From: Haloquadratum walsbyi C23
GTDB taxonomy: Archaea > Halobacteriota > Halobacteria > Halobacteriales > Haloferacaceae
DNA length: 32,000 nt
Assembly (NCBI RefSeq): GCF_000237865.1
Contig: NC_017459.1
Coordinates: 1,050,001-1,082,000, forward strand
Reading direction: 5' to 3'
How positions within the stretch are numbered: the first letter of the stretch is position 1; the number at the start of each line of letters is the position of its first letter. Shown here piece after piece: positions 1-8,186 of the stretch. The position numbers and the translations under genes are program-made. The notes beneath the pieces were generated by a model. The model saw nothing but the letters and a program-made list of their open reading frames with translations. It ran no database searches and was not told where the DNA came from.

Positions 1-48
1 GACTCCACGAACTTATGGGTAAAAGACAGTGTATGCGGGGAGGATGTC
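1..48 (-). repeat. Left end of a panhandle (PATE/MITE-like) non-autonomous element, type-2 variant, cut by the window edge
   Basis: The reverse complement of 1-48 reads GACATCCTCCCCGCATACACTGTCTTTTACCCATAAGTTCGTGGAGTC. The first 14 nt match the left ends at 7351 and 27530. The last 29 nt are identical to 19622-19650. Confidence 0.6.
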
Positions 49-155
49 ACACACAGGTATACTTCCTCGATATCCTCCCAACAGAATCTTCTTTCCAGTG
101 CTTGGTGAATCGGCGAGTATTTTTATACCATACACGTGAGTGATGATGAAGAGAG

Positions 156-638
156 ATGGAATTCACTTCTGTTGCTGCACTTGCAGATAACTATGTTATC
201 GGTCGTAATGGTGATCTTCCATGGGAAAGTCTTCCCGCGGACAAACAGCAGTATCGCGAACGGGTCAGTGGATTCCCAGTCATACTGGGTCGACGGACAT
301 ATGAATCGATGCGATCGGACCTCCCTGGTCGTCGACAAATTGTCCTATCACAACAAAAGCAGGGATTTCATATTGAAACTGTTACTCATGCGCCAGATAT
401 TGACAGTGCAATCGAGATTAGTAAACAAACTGACACAAAAACTGTATATATTCTTGGTGGTGCTGCGATCTACAGCCTATTTCAATCGCATATCGACCGA
501 ATGGTGCTTACTCGAGTCCCAGGGATCTATCAGGGTGATAGCTATTATCCCGAGTGGAATGACGATGTGTGGACACTCATATCAACAGAGGATTATGCTG
601 GATTCACCCTCGAGGAATGGACCCGTCAAAGCGTATAA
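156..638 (+). CDS. folA: Dihydrofolate reductase
   Basis: 160 aa. N-terminus VAALADNYVIGRNGDLPW, then ILGRRTYESM and YILGGAAIY, the typical DHFR beta-alpha core motifs. Confidence 0.9.
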   Translation: MEFTSVAALADNYVIGRNGDLPWESLPADKQQYRERVSGFPVILGRRTYESMRSDLPGRRQIVLSQQKQGFHIETVTHAPDIDSAIEISKQTDTKTVYILGGAAIYSLFQSHIDRMVLTRVPGIYQGDSYYPEWNDDVWTLISTEDYAGFTLEEWTRQSV

Positions 639-644
639 TCTTGG

Positions 645-1175
645 CATCCTTCTCCGCGTGAGTGCGAAGGAATCCCGGAGCGTGAGTGATGGAGATCGCA
701 GGGTTGCAGTCTCATCAGGTATCCAGATGGTGAGAATCCGTCCGGACTTCTGGACCGTGGCGAGTGGGGATGGACTGCTGGGAGTGCCACATCTCAGCTC
801 TCGATACTCCTCTCCTCAATCATATCTACACTCCCGAAGTTGTTTGTGCCTTTGGAGGGGGCTGGCAGACTTCGACGGACTTGGGTTTACATTTTGATAT
901 TTAGAGTAGTCAAGCACAGCATCGATTCAGTATCAGAACCGACCGTTCATATGACTGGCTCCGATTATCGTCCCATTGCTCGGAGCGGACAGAACTTCAC
1001 CGTCGGACGGGGTGGGAATCGCTCTACTCTCGCCTGATTCCTACTTTGTCAATATGTTGCCTGTCTACTCCATAGCACTCAAATCTCAGTTTAGCTGCAT
1101 CACGTGGATAGGTTCCCACGTGACGGCGCATATCCACGACTCGAAGACCGTGGTATTGTGCCTGTCCATCATATA
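645..1175 (+). other. GC-rich, hairpin-dense non-coding island A; candidate IS200/IS605-derived (PATE-like) element or structured RNA
   Basis: Starts a few nt after the folA stop. The only open frames are basic and unlike haloarchaeal proteins. The 3' ~150 nt share three collinear blocks with the reverse strand of 26480-26716: 1029-1049, 1113-1122 and 1122-1165. Confidence 0.3.
1122..1165 (+). repeat. 44-nt imperfect palindrome (GACGGCGC-ATAT-CCACG...CCGTGG-TATT-GTGCC-TGT), copy 1
   Basis: 31 of 38 core positions are identical to the reverse complement of 26499-26542. The outer-stem difference G-T versus G-C keeps the pairing. Confidence 0.7.
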
Positions 1176-1233
1176 ATAAATCTTAATTCACGCTCGCGTC
1201 AGGTACATTGCTCTCTAGATTAAATTATATCAT

Positions 1234-1758
1234 ATGAGCGAAACAGCGACCGTTGGCGGTGGATGTTTTTGGTGTACCGAGGCGGCGATGAAAGAGCTTG
1301 CTGGCGTTAACACAGTCACCTCAGGTTATGCTGGTGGCGATATCGATAATCCAACATATAAACAAGTCTGTTCAGGAACGACGGATCATGCCGAGGTTGT
1401 GCAGATTGAGTATGACCCAACGAAAATTGAATACAGTGAATTACTGGAAGTGTTTTTTGCAACGCATGATCCAACGCAATTGAATCGACAGGGTCCTGAT
1501 GTCGGCACACAGTATCGATCAATCATACTCACACATACTGTCGAGCAACGAGCGACGGCTGAAGCATATATTGAAGCACTCAATGATCATTATGATGATG
1601 CAATTGTCACCGAGATTGAATCACTCGAACGATTCTGGTCGGCTGAGGAGTATCATCAAGATTACTTTGAAAAAAATCCATCAGACGCATACTGTCGAAT
1701 GCACGCACAGCCGAAAGTTGAGAAAGTTCGTGAGACATTCACTGAGAAATTGACATAA
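1234..1758 (+). CDS. msrA: Peptide-methionine (S)-S-oxide reductase
   Basis: 174 aa. The GGGCFWCTEA active-site motif lies at the N-terminus, followed by YAGG..NPTY..VCSG.T.HAEVV and HDPT..NRQG.D.G.QYRS. Confidence 0.92.
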   Translation: MSETATVGGGCFWCTEAAMKELAGVNTVTSGYAGGDIDNPTYKQVCSGTTDHAEVVQIEYDPTKIEYSELLEVFFATHDPTQLNRQGPDVGTQYRSIILTHTVEQRATAEAYIEALNDHYDDAIVTEIESLERFWSAEEYHQDYFEKNPSDAYCRMHAQPKVEKVRETFTEKLT

Positions 1759-1913
1759 TAATAAAAGAGTATCGCATCTTTGTATATAATCTATATAGGT
1801 GTCAAAAAGTGGCAGTCAAACCTTGTGTCCTCGCATTAATTAGTTGCTTCAATCAACGCTGAATCAAAAACATACCTCAAATACCGAGTCCGCTGTTCTC
1901 AGTGACACATGAT

Positions 1914-3293
1914 TCACCCATCGTCATTCCTTATTGGCCATGTCTCATCAAACTCGGCATGATCAAACGGTTTGGCGTCTGAGCCAGCGTATGTTGCGAC
2001 CTGCTGACCATCTCCCTCAAGATGGTATTTATAGGTGGTCAATCCATCAAGCCCGACGGGTCCACGAGCGTGAATTTTTCCAGTGCTAATTCCAACTTCT
2101 GCGCCAAGACCAAATCGAAATCCATCGGCAAAGCGTGTTGAGGCATTATGAAATACGCTTGCAGCATCAACCGCACGCATAAACTGTTCAGCCCGATTGT
2201 CGTCCTGAGTGAGGATCGATTCGGTGTGCTTTGACCCATACATATTGATATGATCGATTGCATCTGTGAGTGAATCAACAACTGCGATTGAAACGATACG
2301 ATCACCATATTCGGTCGTCCAATCAGCCTCAGTTGCAGCGATAATTTCTTCACTGATGTTCGACTCAGTATCAACAATTGATTGAGTGCGCTCATCACCA
2401 CGGATTTCAACCCCGGCGTCGCGATATTGCTTCATCATCTGAGATAGGAATGACGGTGCAACTGACTCATGAACGAGGAGTGTCTCGACAGCATTGCATA
2501 CCGCAGGATACTGTACTTTCGCATCATACGCGACCGCTGTTGCCATCTCAAGATCAGCCTCAGAGTCAACATACACATGACAGACACCCTCGGTATGCCC
2601 TAATACCGGGATACTTGTATTATCCTGAACATATTGGACAAATGAGGAACTCCCACGGGGCATGATTAAATCGACAGCATCGTCCATCTCAAGGAGTGTT
2701 TGGACATCTTCACGTGCTTCAATCAGTTGTGCCCATCCTGATGGGACCTCTGGTGTTGCTTCCAGAATACAGTTATATAACACCCGATTTGATCGTTCGG
2801 CTTCGCTTCCACCCTTTAGTATCACAGCGTTTCCAGACTTTAGACTCAGTGCTGAAATTTGAACCAGCGCGTCAGGACGAGATTCAAACACTGTCCCAAT
2901 AACACCAATAGGAACGGTCACTTTGTATAAATTCAAATCATCATCAAGTTCTCTTGCGGTAAGTGTCTCCCCAAGTGGGTCATCTTGTTCGGCAACACTC
3001 CGAACCATTTCAGCGATGCTTTCAATTTTTGCGGCTGAAAGGGTTAAACGATCGACAAATGCCTGTGTGTACTCTCCGGCATCGACTTGTTTTTCAGCGT
3101 CAGCGACATCAGCCGCATTAGCCTCAAGAATCCGGTCGACATTTCTTTCGATTGTATCTGCGATTGCTGTGAGCGCCTCATTACGGCGCGGTGTCGAGAG
3201 ATTTGAAAGCGAAAGAGCCGCAGTTTGTGCATCTGTTACTTTTTCTTCTGCAGTTTGAGGGTCTATCTCACCTGAGTCAGTCATATTAGTCAT
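1914..3293 (-). CDS. proA: Gamma-glutamyl phosphate reductase
   Basis: 459 aa of the aldehyde-dehydrogenase fold. Motifs VIGTVFESRPDA, ILKGGSEA, IMPRGS, GHTEGVCHVY, HINMYGSKHTE and NASTRFADG. Confidence 0.93.
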   Translation of the reverse strand: MTNMTDSGEIDPQTAEEKVTDAQTAALSLSNLSTPRRNEALTAIADTIERNVDRILEANAADVADAEKQVDAGEYTQAFVDRLTLSAAKIESIAEMVRSVAEQDDPLGETLTARELDDDLNLYKVTVPIGVIGTVFESRPDALVQISALSLKSGNAVILKGGSEAERSNRVLYNCILEATPEVPSGWAQLIEAREDVQTLLEMDDAVDLIMPRGSSSFVQYVQDNTSIPVLGHTEGVCHVYVDSEADLEMATAVAYDAKVQYPAVCNAVETLLVHESVAPSFLSQMMKQYRDAGVEIRGDERTQSIVDTESNISEEIIAATEADWTTEYGDRIVSIAVVDSLTDAIDHINMYGSKHTESILTQDDNRAEQFMRAVDAASVFHNASTRFADGFRFGLGAEVGISTGKIHARGPVGLDGLTTYKYHLEGDGQQVATYAGSDAKPFDHAEFDETWPIRNDDG

Positions 3294-3400
3294 GTATTTG
3301 ATTATTGCTGTTAGTATGATTGAATTTGTATTGATCTACGTCGTGCGTCAGTTATCGGGAATCTCCATCTACTCATTTCACGTTTCATTTATTATTCTGT

Positions 3401-3516
3401 CTCATAGTGATTAGTGCAAGTCTTTACCGCCGTGATTATCCGTGTCGGTGATAGGAGCCGCTGAACCCGCGTCATTCGACACCGTCAGTGAAGTTATTCG
3501 AACTAATCACTATCAG
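3401..3516 (+). mobile_element. ~115-bp MITE with 15-nt terminal inverted repeats (CTCATAGTGATTAGT / ACTAATCACTATCAG)
   Basis: About 90% identical by eye to the reverse complement of 27721-27835. TIRs are present and the element has no coding capacity. Confidence 0.75.
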
Positions 3517-4462
3517 TCTTTGTTTGATTATCAACTGGAACAAAGATCGTTCCAACTGAGATTTCTGTTGCAATCCGTTGTAGCACATCAGACTCCGTCG
3601 AGCGAGCAATAATCGCTGGAATGCCATGCTCACTCACTGCACGAGCACCTCGCACTTTCGTCTGAATCCCACCAAATTTGCTTTCGGAACTGACTGCAAT
3701 GATTGATTCAACCTCGTCATAGTTGGCACCGACAGCATTAATGCGTGTTGCGTTAGTATTCTCTTTTGGATTTCCAGTATAGACACCACCAACATCAGTC
3801 AGTATCACGAGAAGATCACTTTCAACGCCGATTGCAAGCGATGACGAAAGCATATCATTATCACCAATACGGATTTCTTCTGTTGCGACCGCATCGTTTT
3901 CATTGATAATTGGGATAACGTCCCAGGAGAGAAGCGTTTCAATAGTGTTCTTGAAATTAGTGAATCGCTCCATATCTTCGAGATCATGATCGGTGATGAG
4001 GATCTGTGCAACAGTCAATCCATACCGCTCAAAACTCTCAGTATATCGACGCATGAGATGACTCTGTCCAATCGTTGACAATGCCTGTGATTCTTCGACG
4101 GTGTCGTCCGCGGCATACCCTGCCCGTCCTTTTCCAGCGCCAATTGCCCCTGAGGAGACAAGAATAACCTCCTTATCATGCTCGATAAGATCAGCGATAT
4201 CATCAACGAGTTTATCGAGTTTCTCATCGTCAAGATTTGACGTTGAATCTGTCAGAGAATTCGTTCCAGCTTTGACAACGACACGGTCTGCTGTTGCAGC
4301 GATATGACGTGCTTGATCAATTGCTGATCGTGGAACAGATGTTTGCGTGGATTCGGAGGTCTGTGACAATGTCTGCTTTGTTGTTTCGGTGACCGAAATA
4401 TCTGATTCGCGGTCAGTGTCCTCAGATTCAGACTCATGCTCAGTGCTCCGTCGTTCACTCAT
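3503..4462 (-). CDS. proB: Glutamate 5-kinase (no PUA domain) with an acidic Ser/Thr-rich N-terminal extension
   Basis: Amino-acid-kinase motifs [29 protein letters not shown] and GDND.LS. I chose the ATG at 4462, which overlaps the proC stop by 8 nt (ATGAGTGA), over the TTG at 4480. Confidence 0.9.
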   Translation of the reverse strand: MSERRSTEHESESEDTDRESDISVTETTKQTLSQTSESTQTSVPRSAIDQARHIAATADRVVVKAGTNSLTDSTSNLDDEKLDKLVDDIADLIEHDKEVILVSSGAIGAGKGRAGYAADDTVEESQALSTIGQSHLMRRYTESFERYGLTVAQILITDHDLEDMERFTNFKNTIETLLSWDVIPIINENDAVATEEIRIGDNDMLSSSLAIGVESDLLVILTDVGGVYTGNPKENTNATRINAVGANYDEVESIIAVSSESKFGGIQTKVRGARAVSEHGIPAIIARSTESDVLQRIATEISVGTIFVPVDNQTKTDSD

Positions 4463-5285
4463 GATCAACCTCTGCTGCAAGTTCAGCTGACCGTTCAGTC
4501 GCTGCGGTCAATGCATCACCAACTTCGGCGTCAACATTGCTGTCAAATAAAACGTTCATTCCTTCAATTGTTGTGCCATTTGGCGAACAGACAGCGTCAA
4601 TAAGAGATTCAATCGGTTCATCAGCGGCTCGAACCATCTCCGCTGCCCCAATAAACGTCTGGATTGCAAGTGTCTGTGCGTCTGATTTATCTAATCCTTC
4701 TTTGATTGCTCGCGTTTGCATTGCTTGAATAAGATAGTATACAAAGGCTGGTCCGCTTCCATTAACTGCTGTTGCGATATTCATATGCGTTTCATCAATA
4801 ACTACATATGATCCAAGATCAGAGAGCATTGTCTCAACAGCTGGATCGGGCTCATCCCAGGCGACAGCAGCAGCCATTTCACGAAGACTTGCTGCAAGAT
4901 TTGGCATCAGTCGAATGACCGTCGCGTCAGTCTGATTGCTAACGAAAGACCGCTCAATACCTGCGGCTGCTGTCATAAGTGTCTGCTCGGCATGAAGGTT
5001 AATCTCAGCAAGCACTGTTGGAACGATATCCGGCTTGACTGTCAGTGCAACAATGTCAGAATCGGCTATTGTATCGATATCAGTCGTTGTTCGATCACAA
5101 TATGATTTGACATTATCGAGAACCGCTGGATCAACATCGTAACCAATTGTTCGATATCCTTCCACCGTCGCAAGACCTTCCAGCAGTGCACTTCCCATAT
5201 GTCCGCACCCAATAACGCTCACTGTAATCATCTTTTCCTGATATGACTCGGCCGCTGATATACGAACTTCGGTTTCGATACTCAA
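4455..5285 (-). CDS. proC: Pyrroline-5-carboxylate reductase
   Basis: 276 aa. Rossmann motif [11 protein letters not shown], then [14 protein letters not shown] and SPNGTT. Confidence 0.9.
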   Translation of the reverse strand: MSIETEVRISAAESYQEKMITVSVIGCGHMGSALLEGLATVEGYRTIGYDVDPAVLDNVKSYCDRTTTDIDTIADSDIVALTVKPDIVPTVLAEINLHAEQTLMTAAAGIERSFVSNQTDATVIRLMPNLAASLREMAAAVAWDEPDPAVETMLSDLGSYVVIDETHMNIATAVNGSGPAFVYYLIQAMQTRAIKEGLDKSDAQTLAIQTFIGAAEMVRAADEPIESLIDAVCSPNGTTIEGMNVLFDSNVDAEVGDALTAATERSAELAAEVDHE

Positions 5286-5516
5286 AAGAACACTTTTTAC
5301 AGTCAGTGTCGCGCTTCAAATAAAGATATATTTGATAGTAAGCTGTTCTATCTGCAAGCCTCGATTCACTCTGAGTTATTGCCCCGATAGTGATTTTGAT
5401 ACGGTTTAATAGATATTGCTCTCAAGTTACCCTACGAGGTGAGCATCTGGCGGATACTCATCGATTTACTTTCATCGCCGATAGAATCTTGTCATTAGCC
5501 ATGTTATACGATATCG

Positions 5517-6815
5517 ATGTCCGAGCAGATACACGATATTTTGGAGGTAGATGCGTTTACCCCTGGATTGGTTGGTCCTGACCGCGAGTGGGCTGGAACT
5601 GTCGCTGATGGTGGGACAATTAAAACACATACACCAGCAGGATGTTGGGGTCCAATGATCACTCCTTCATTCCGTGGCGGTCACGAGGTGACACGTCCGA
5701 TTGGTGTTGAGAATGCTGAGCCAGGCGATGCGCTCGTCGTTCATATTAATGATGTTGAAGTAACAAGTGTTGCAACAAGTACTGGGAGTATGGCAGAACG
5801 CGATGATGCCTTTGGTGATGACCCATTTATTGATCATCAATGTCCAGAATGTGGGGCTGAATGGCCTGAAACGGTCGTTGATGGAACCGGCGAAGATGCG
5901 ATTCGATGTGCTGAGTGTGGCGCGAATGCATCTTCATTTGGCTTCGAGTATGGATATACCGTTGCCTTTGATGATGACCGCAGTGTTGGTATTACAGTTG
6001 GTGAAGAGGGTGCTCACGACCTTGCAACACGTGCTGAGGAGGCACTAGCGCTCCCAGAGAATTCTCAACAGCATCCAATTCTTCTATATGAGCCCGATGA
6101 GATGCCAGGGGCACTTGGTCGACTCGCGCCATTTATTGGAAATATTGGGACAACACCACACGTTGAACTGCCAGACTCACATAATGCTGGTGACTTTGGA
6201 CAGTTCCTGATTGGCGCAGAGCACGACTGGGGGCTTACTGATGAAACGGCACTTGAGGCGCGGACAGACGGTCATCTCGACTCAAATGATGTCCGACCAG
6301 GTGCAACACTCATTTGTCCGGTTCAGGTTGAAGGCGCGGGATTATATGTTGGTGATTTGCATGCGAATCAAGGCGACGGTGAACTTTCATTACATACAAC
6401 GGATGTGAGCGGACGGACAGAACTCGAAGTTGAGGTGATCAAAGATCTCGATCTTGATGGTCCGATTCTGTTACCGAATGAGACAGACCTTCCCCACATC
6501 GCAAAGCCATATACTGATGATGAACGCGATGTCGGAGCGAATCTTGCTGCGGAATATAATGTTGATCTTACAGATGCCGCACCGATTCAAATTATTGGCT
6601 CCGGTGCCACAATCAATGATGCAACACAGAACGCTTTCAACCGTGCAAGTAAATTGTTCGGGGTTGATGAAGGCGAGATCCGTGCTCGATGTACATTTAC
6701 CGGTGGTGTTGAGATCGCACGTCTTCCTGGTGTTGTCCAGTTATCGATGCTCACACCGATTGATTTGCTTGAGTCGGTTGGACTTGCCGAGACAGTTTCC
6801 AATAAATACGATTGA
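5517..6815 (+). CDS. Acetamidase/formamidase-family amidase with an inserted CxxC...CxxC zinc-ribbon
   Basis: 432 aa. FmdA/AmdA-like blocks GD.LVVHI, YVGDLHANQGDGE and VE..V.K, plus CPECG...CAECG at residues 109-135. Confidence 0.8.
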   Translation: MSEQIHDILEVDAFTPGLVGPDREWAGTVADGGTIKTHTPAGCWGPMITPSFRGGHEVTRPIGVENAEPGDALVVHINDVEVTSVATSTGSMAERDDAFGDDPFIDHQCPECGAEWPETVVDGTGEDAIRCAECGANASSFGFEYGYTVAFDDDRSVGITVGEEGAHDLATRAEEALALPENSQQHPILLYEPDEMPGALGRLAPFIGNIGTTPHVELPDSHNAGDFGQFLIGAEHDWGLTDETALEARTDGHLDSNDVRPGATLICPVQVEGAGLYVGDLHANQGDGELSLHTTDVSGRTELEVEVIKDLDLDGPILLPNETDLPHIAKPYTDDERDVGANLAAEYNVDLTDAAPIQIIGSGATINDATQNAFNRASKLFGVDEGEIRARCTFTGGVEIARLPGVVQLSMLTPIDLLESVGLAETVSNKYD

Positions 6816-6913
6816 GCCCCTTATCATGATTTAAATCGGTGTATCATAGTTCAAGCCGATAATCTTGGGGTAGGTTCATCCTCAGTTCATGTGAGTAATT
6901 TGCATCAAGCTAA

Positions 6914-7297
6914 TCAATCATACCTCGTGACAGTGTGATCACTTCCGCCACGCATCGCTGGAAATAGTTGTATGTCCGCTGATTGGTCAAGTTGGGTCTC
7001 AGGCGATGCTTTATTTCCATTAACAAGGATACGGACACTGGGTCGAAGTGTCCCCTCACAATCGAAAAGATGCGACTTCGTTTGCGGGTATGTTTCAGCA
7101 ATCATTGTGATCAGTTCACTTACTGTTTCAGGAGAACTCGCTGAGACGGAGGATGCATCAATAGATTCAGATCCCTCAGAAATCGTATTGCTGTTTGCTG
7201 CATTTTTGTCTGTACCATCTGTGCTTGACCCTGTGGCAACCGTAAGCACCTTACCGTCCGCAGCAGTCCGGAGTGGTCCATATACCGTTATTTCCAT
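6914..7297 (-). CDS. MoaD/ThiS-fold ubiquitin-like small archaeal modifier (SAMP)-like protein with an internal low-complexity insert and a post-GG tail
   Basis: MEITVYGPLR...RILVNGN...IQLFPAMRGG followed by SDHTVTRYD*. I used the ATG at 7297. The longer ORF to 7438 runs into the repeat at 7351-7660. Confidence 0.65.
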   Translation of the reverse strand: MEITVYGPLRTAADGKVLTVATGSSTDGTDKNAANSNTISEGSESIDASSVSASSPETVSELITMIAETYPQTKSHLFDCEGTLRPSVRILVNGNKASPETQLDQSADIQLFPAMRGGSDHTVTRYD

Positions 7298-7350
7298 TGA
7301 TTCAAACACACAGTGGTGAATTCTATAAACGTGACGCTGGGATCTAAACT

Positions 7351-7660
7351 GATATCCTCCCGCGTATAGAGACCTGTCTTTTACCCATAATTCGTCCCGA
7401 CGAGATGAACGGGGCGAAGTAGTAAAAATTGATTTCATCGTCGGGAGTTGGGAGTCTCATCCCAAGTAACCAGATATGCTGACGACAAGTTGACCCGGTT
7501 TGAGCAGCCCCTGTGACCCGATCGGTAATTCCGGTCGGCGTCTCAGTCCGTCAGGATTTGTCTCAGATCCTTTCCAACAGCGGCTCAAACGCCACGGTTG
7601 CTGGGACTTATAGGTAAGAGACAAGCCTGAACACGCGGGTACTCTCCTTGCATTCTATAG
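7351..7660 (+). repeat. Panhandle non-autonomous element, type 1, full copy (310 bp)
   Basis: Collinear and about 80% identical by eye to 27530-27950 once the nested MITE is removed. The left arm CCCGCGTATAGAGACCTGTCTTTTACCCATAA pairs with the right arm TTATAGGTAAGAGACAAGCCTGAACACGCGGG. No target-site duplication is visible. Confidence 0.8.
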
Positions 7661-7715
7661 CTGTTTCATAAGAAAAAGCGGGGCACTCTTTCTGCTCCAG
7701 GGCGTATCATTGATA

Positions 7716-8186
7716 ATGCAACCGGCATCGTCTGGTGATATCCCCCGACAGATTGAGACAACACCACCAGTCAATGTTGAAACATTTGCTTCACACGTGA
7801 CATTGACATGGACGAGTCTTGGGCTCTCTCAGTTTGTCGACATTGCAGATCGAGTTGACGTCGTGCCAGCAGACAGTACACCAATCGTTGACGCAACGAA
7901 TGCTGCTGGTCGTCGACGACTTCCACTGACAGAGATTGATACAACAACAGCGGCAACAAAATATGTTCGATTTGAGCCCGATTGTCCATGGACACTTGCA
8001 TGGGAACGCCGGACAACACCTGTTGTTTCACTTTGTGGGTCGCCCTCGCCAACAGTTTGTCAACAGGCACATATTATTACGACTACAGAAAATCTCGATG
8101 CGCGCGACGGATGGAATACGGTCGAGACCGCCGCTGGGTGGACTCGAGAAACGTATGAAACTCTTCTTTCAGTCCTTGGAGCGTGA
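7716..8186 (+). CDS. Hypothetical protein
   Basis: 156-aa acidic, Thr-rich ORF starting at an ATG, two codons after the TTG at 7710. Its stop overlaps the GTG of the next ORF (GTGA). I recognise no motif. Confidence 0.5.
   Translation: MQPASSGDIPRQIETTPPVNVETFASHVTLTWTSLGLSQFVDIADRVDVVPADSTPIVDATNAAGRRRLPLTEIDTTTAATKYVRFEPDCPWTLAWERRTTPVVSLCGSPSPTVCQQAHIITTTENLDARDGWNTVETAAGWTRETYETLLSVLGA

Noticed and set aside
136-897. 253-aa + strand ORF overlapping folA in another frame and running into island A
   Set aside because: It has a basic, Cys/Leu-rich composition unlike the acidic proteome. It overlaps a clear DHFR frame, and its open tail lies in structured non-coding DNA.
1122-1165. Group II intron domain V as the identity of the 44-nt palindrome (GTGCG also occurs near 660)
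   Set aside because: The stem has a symmetric internal loop and a non-GNRA or degenerate loop. It lacks the AGC triad plus 2-nt bulge geometry. No reverse transcriptase or maturase ORF is present.
7298-7438. N-terminal extension of the SAMP-like ORF (MKSIFTT...)
   Set aside because: The extension is encoded largely by the left arm of the repeat at 7351-7660 and is basic. An ATG at 7297 begins a canonical beta-grasp N-terminus.
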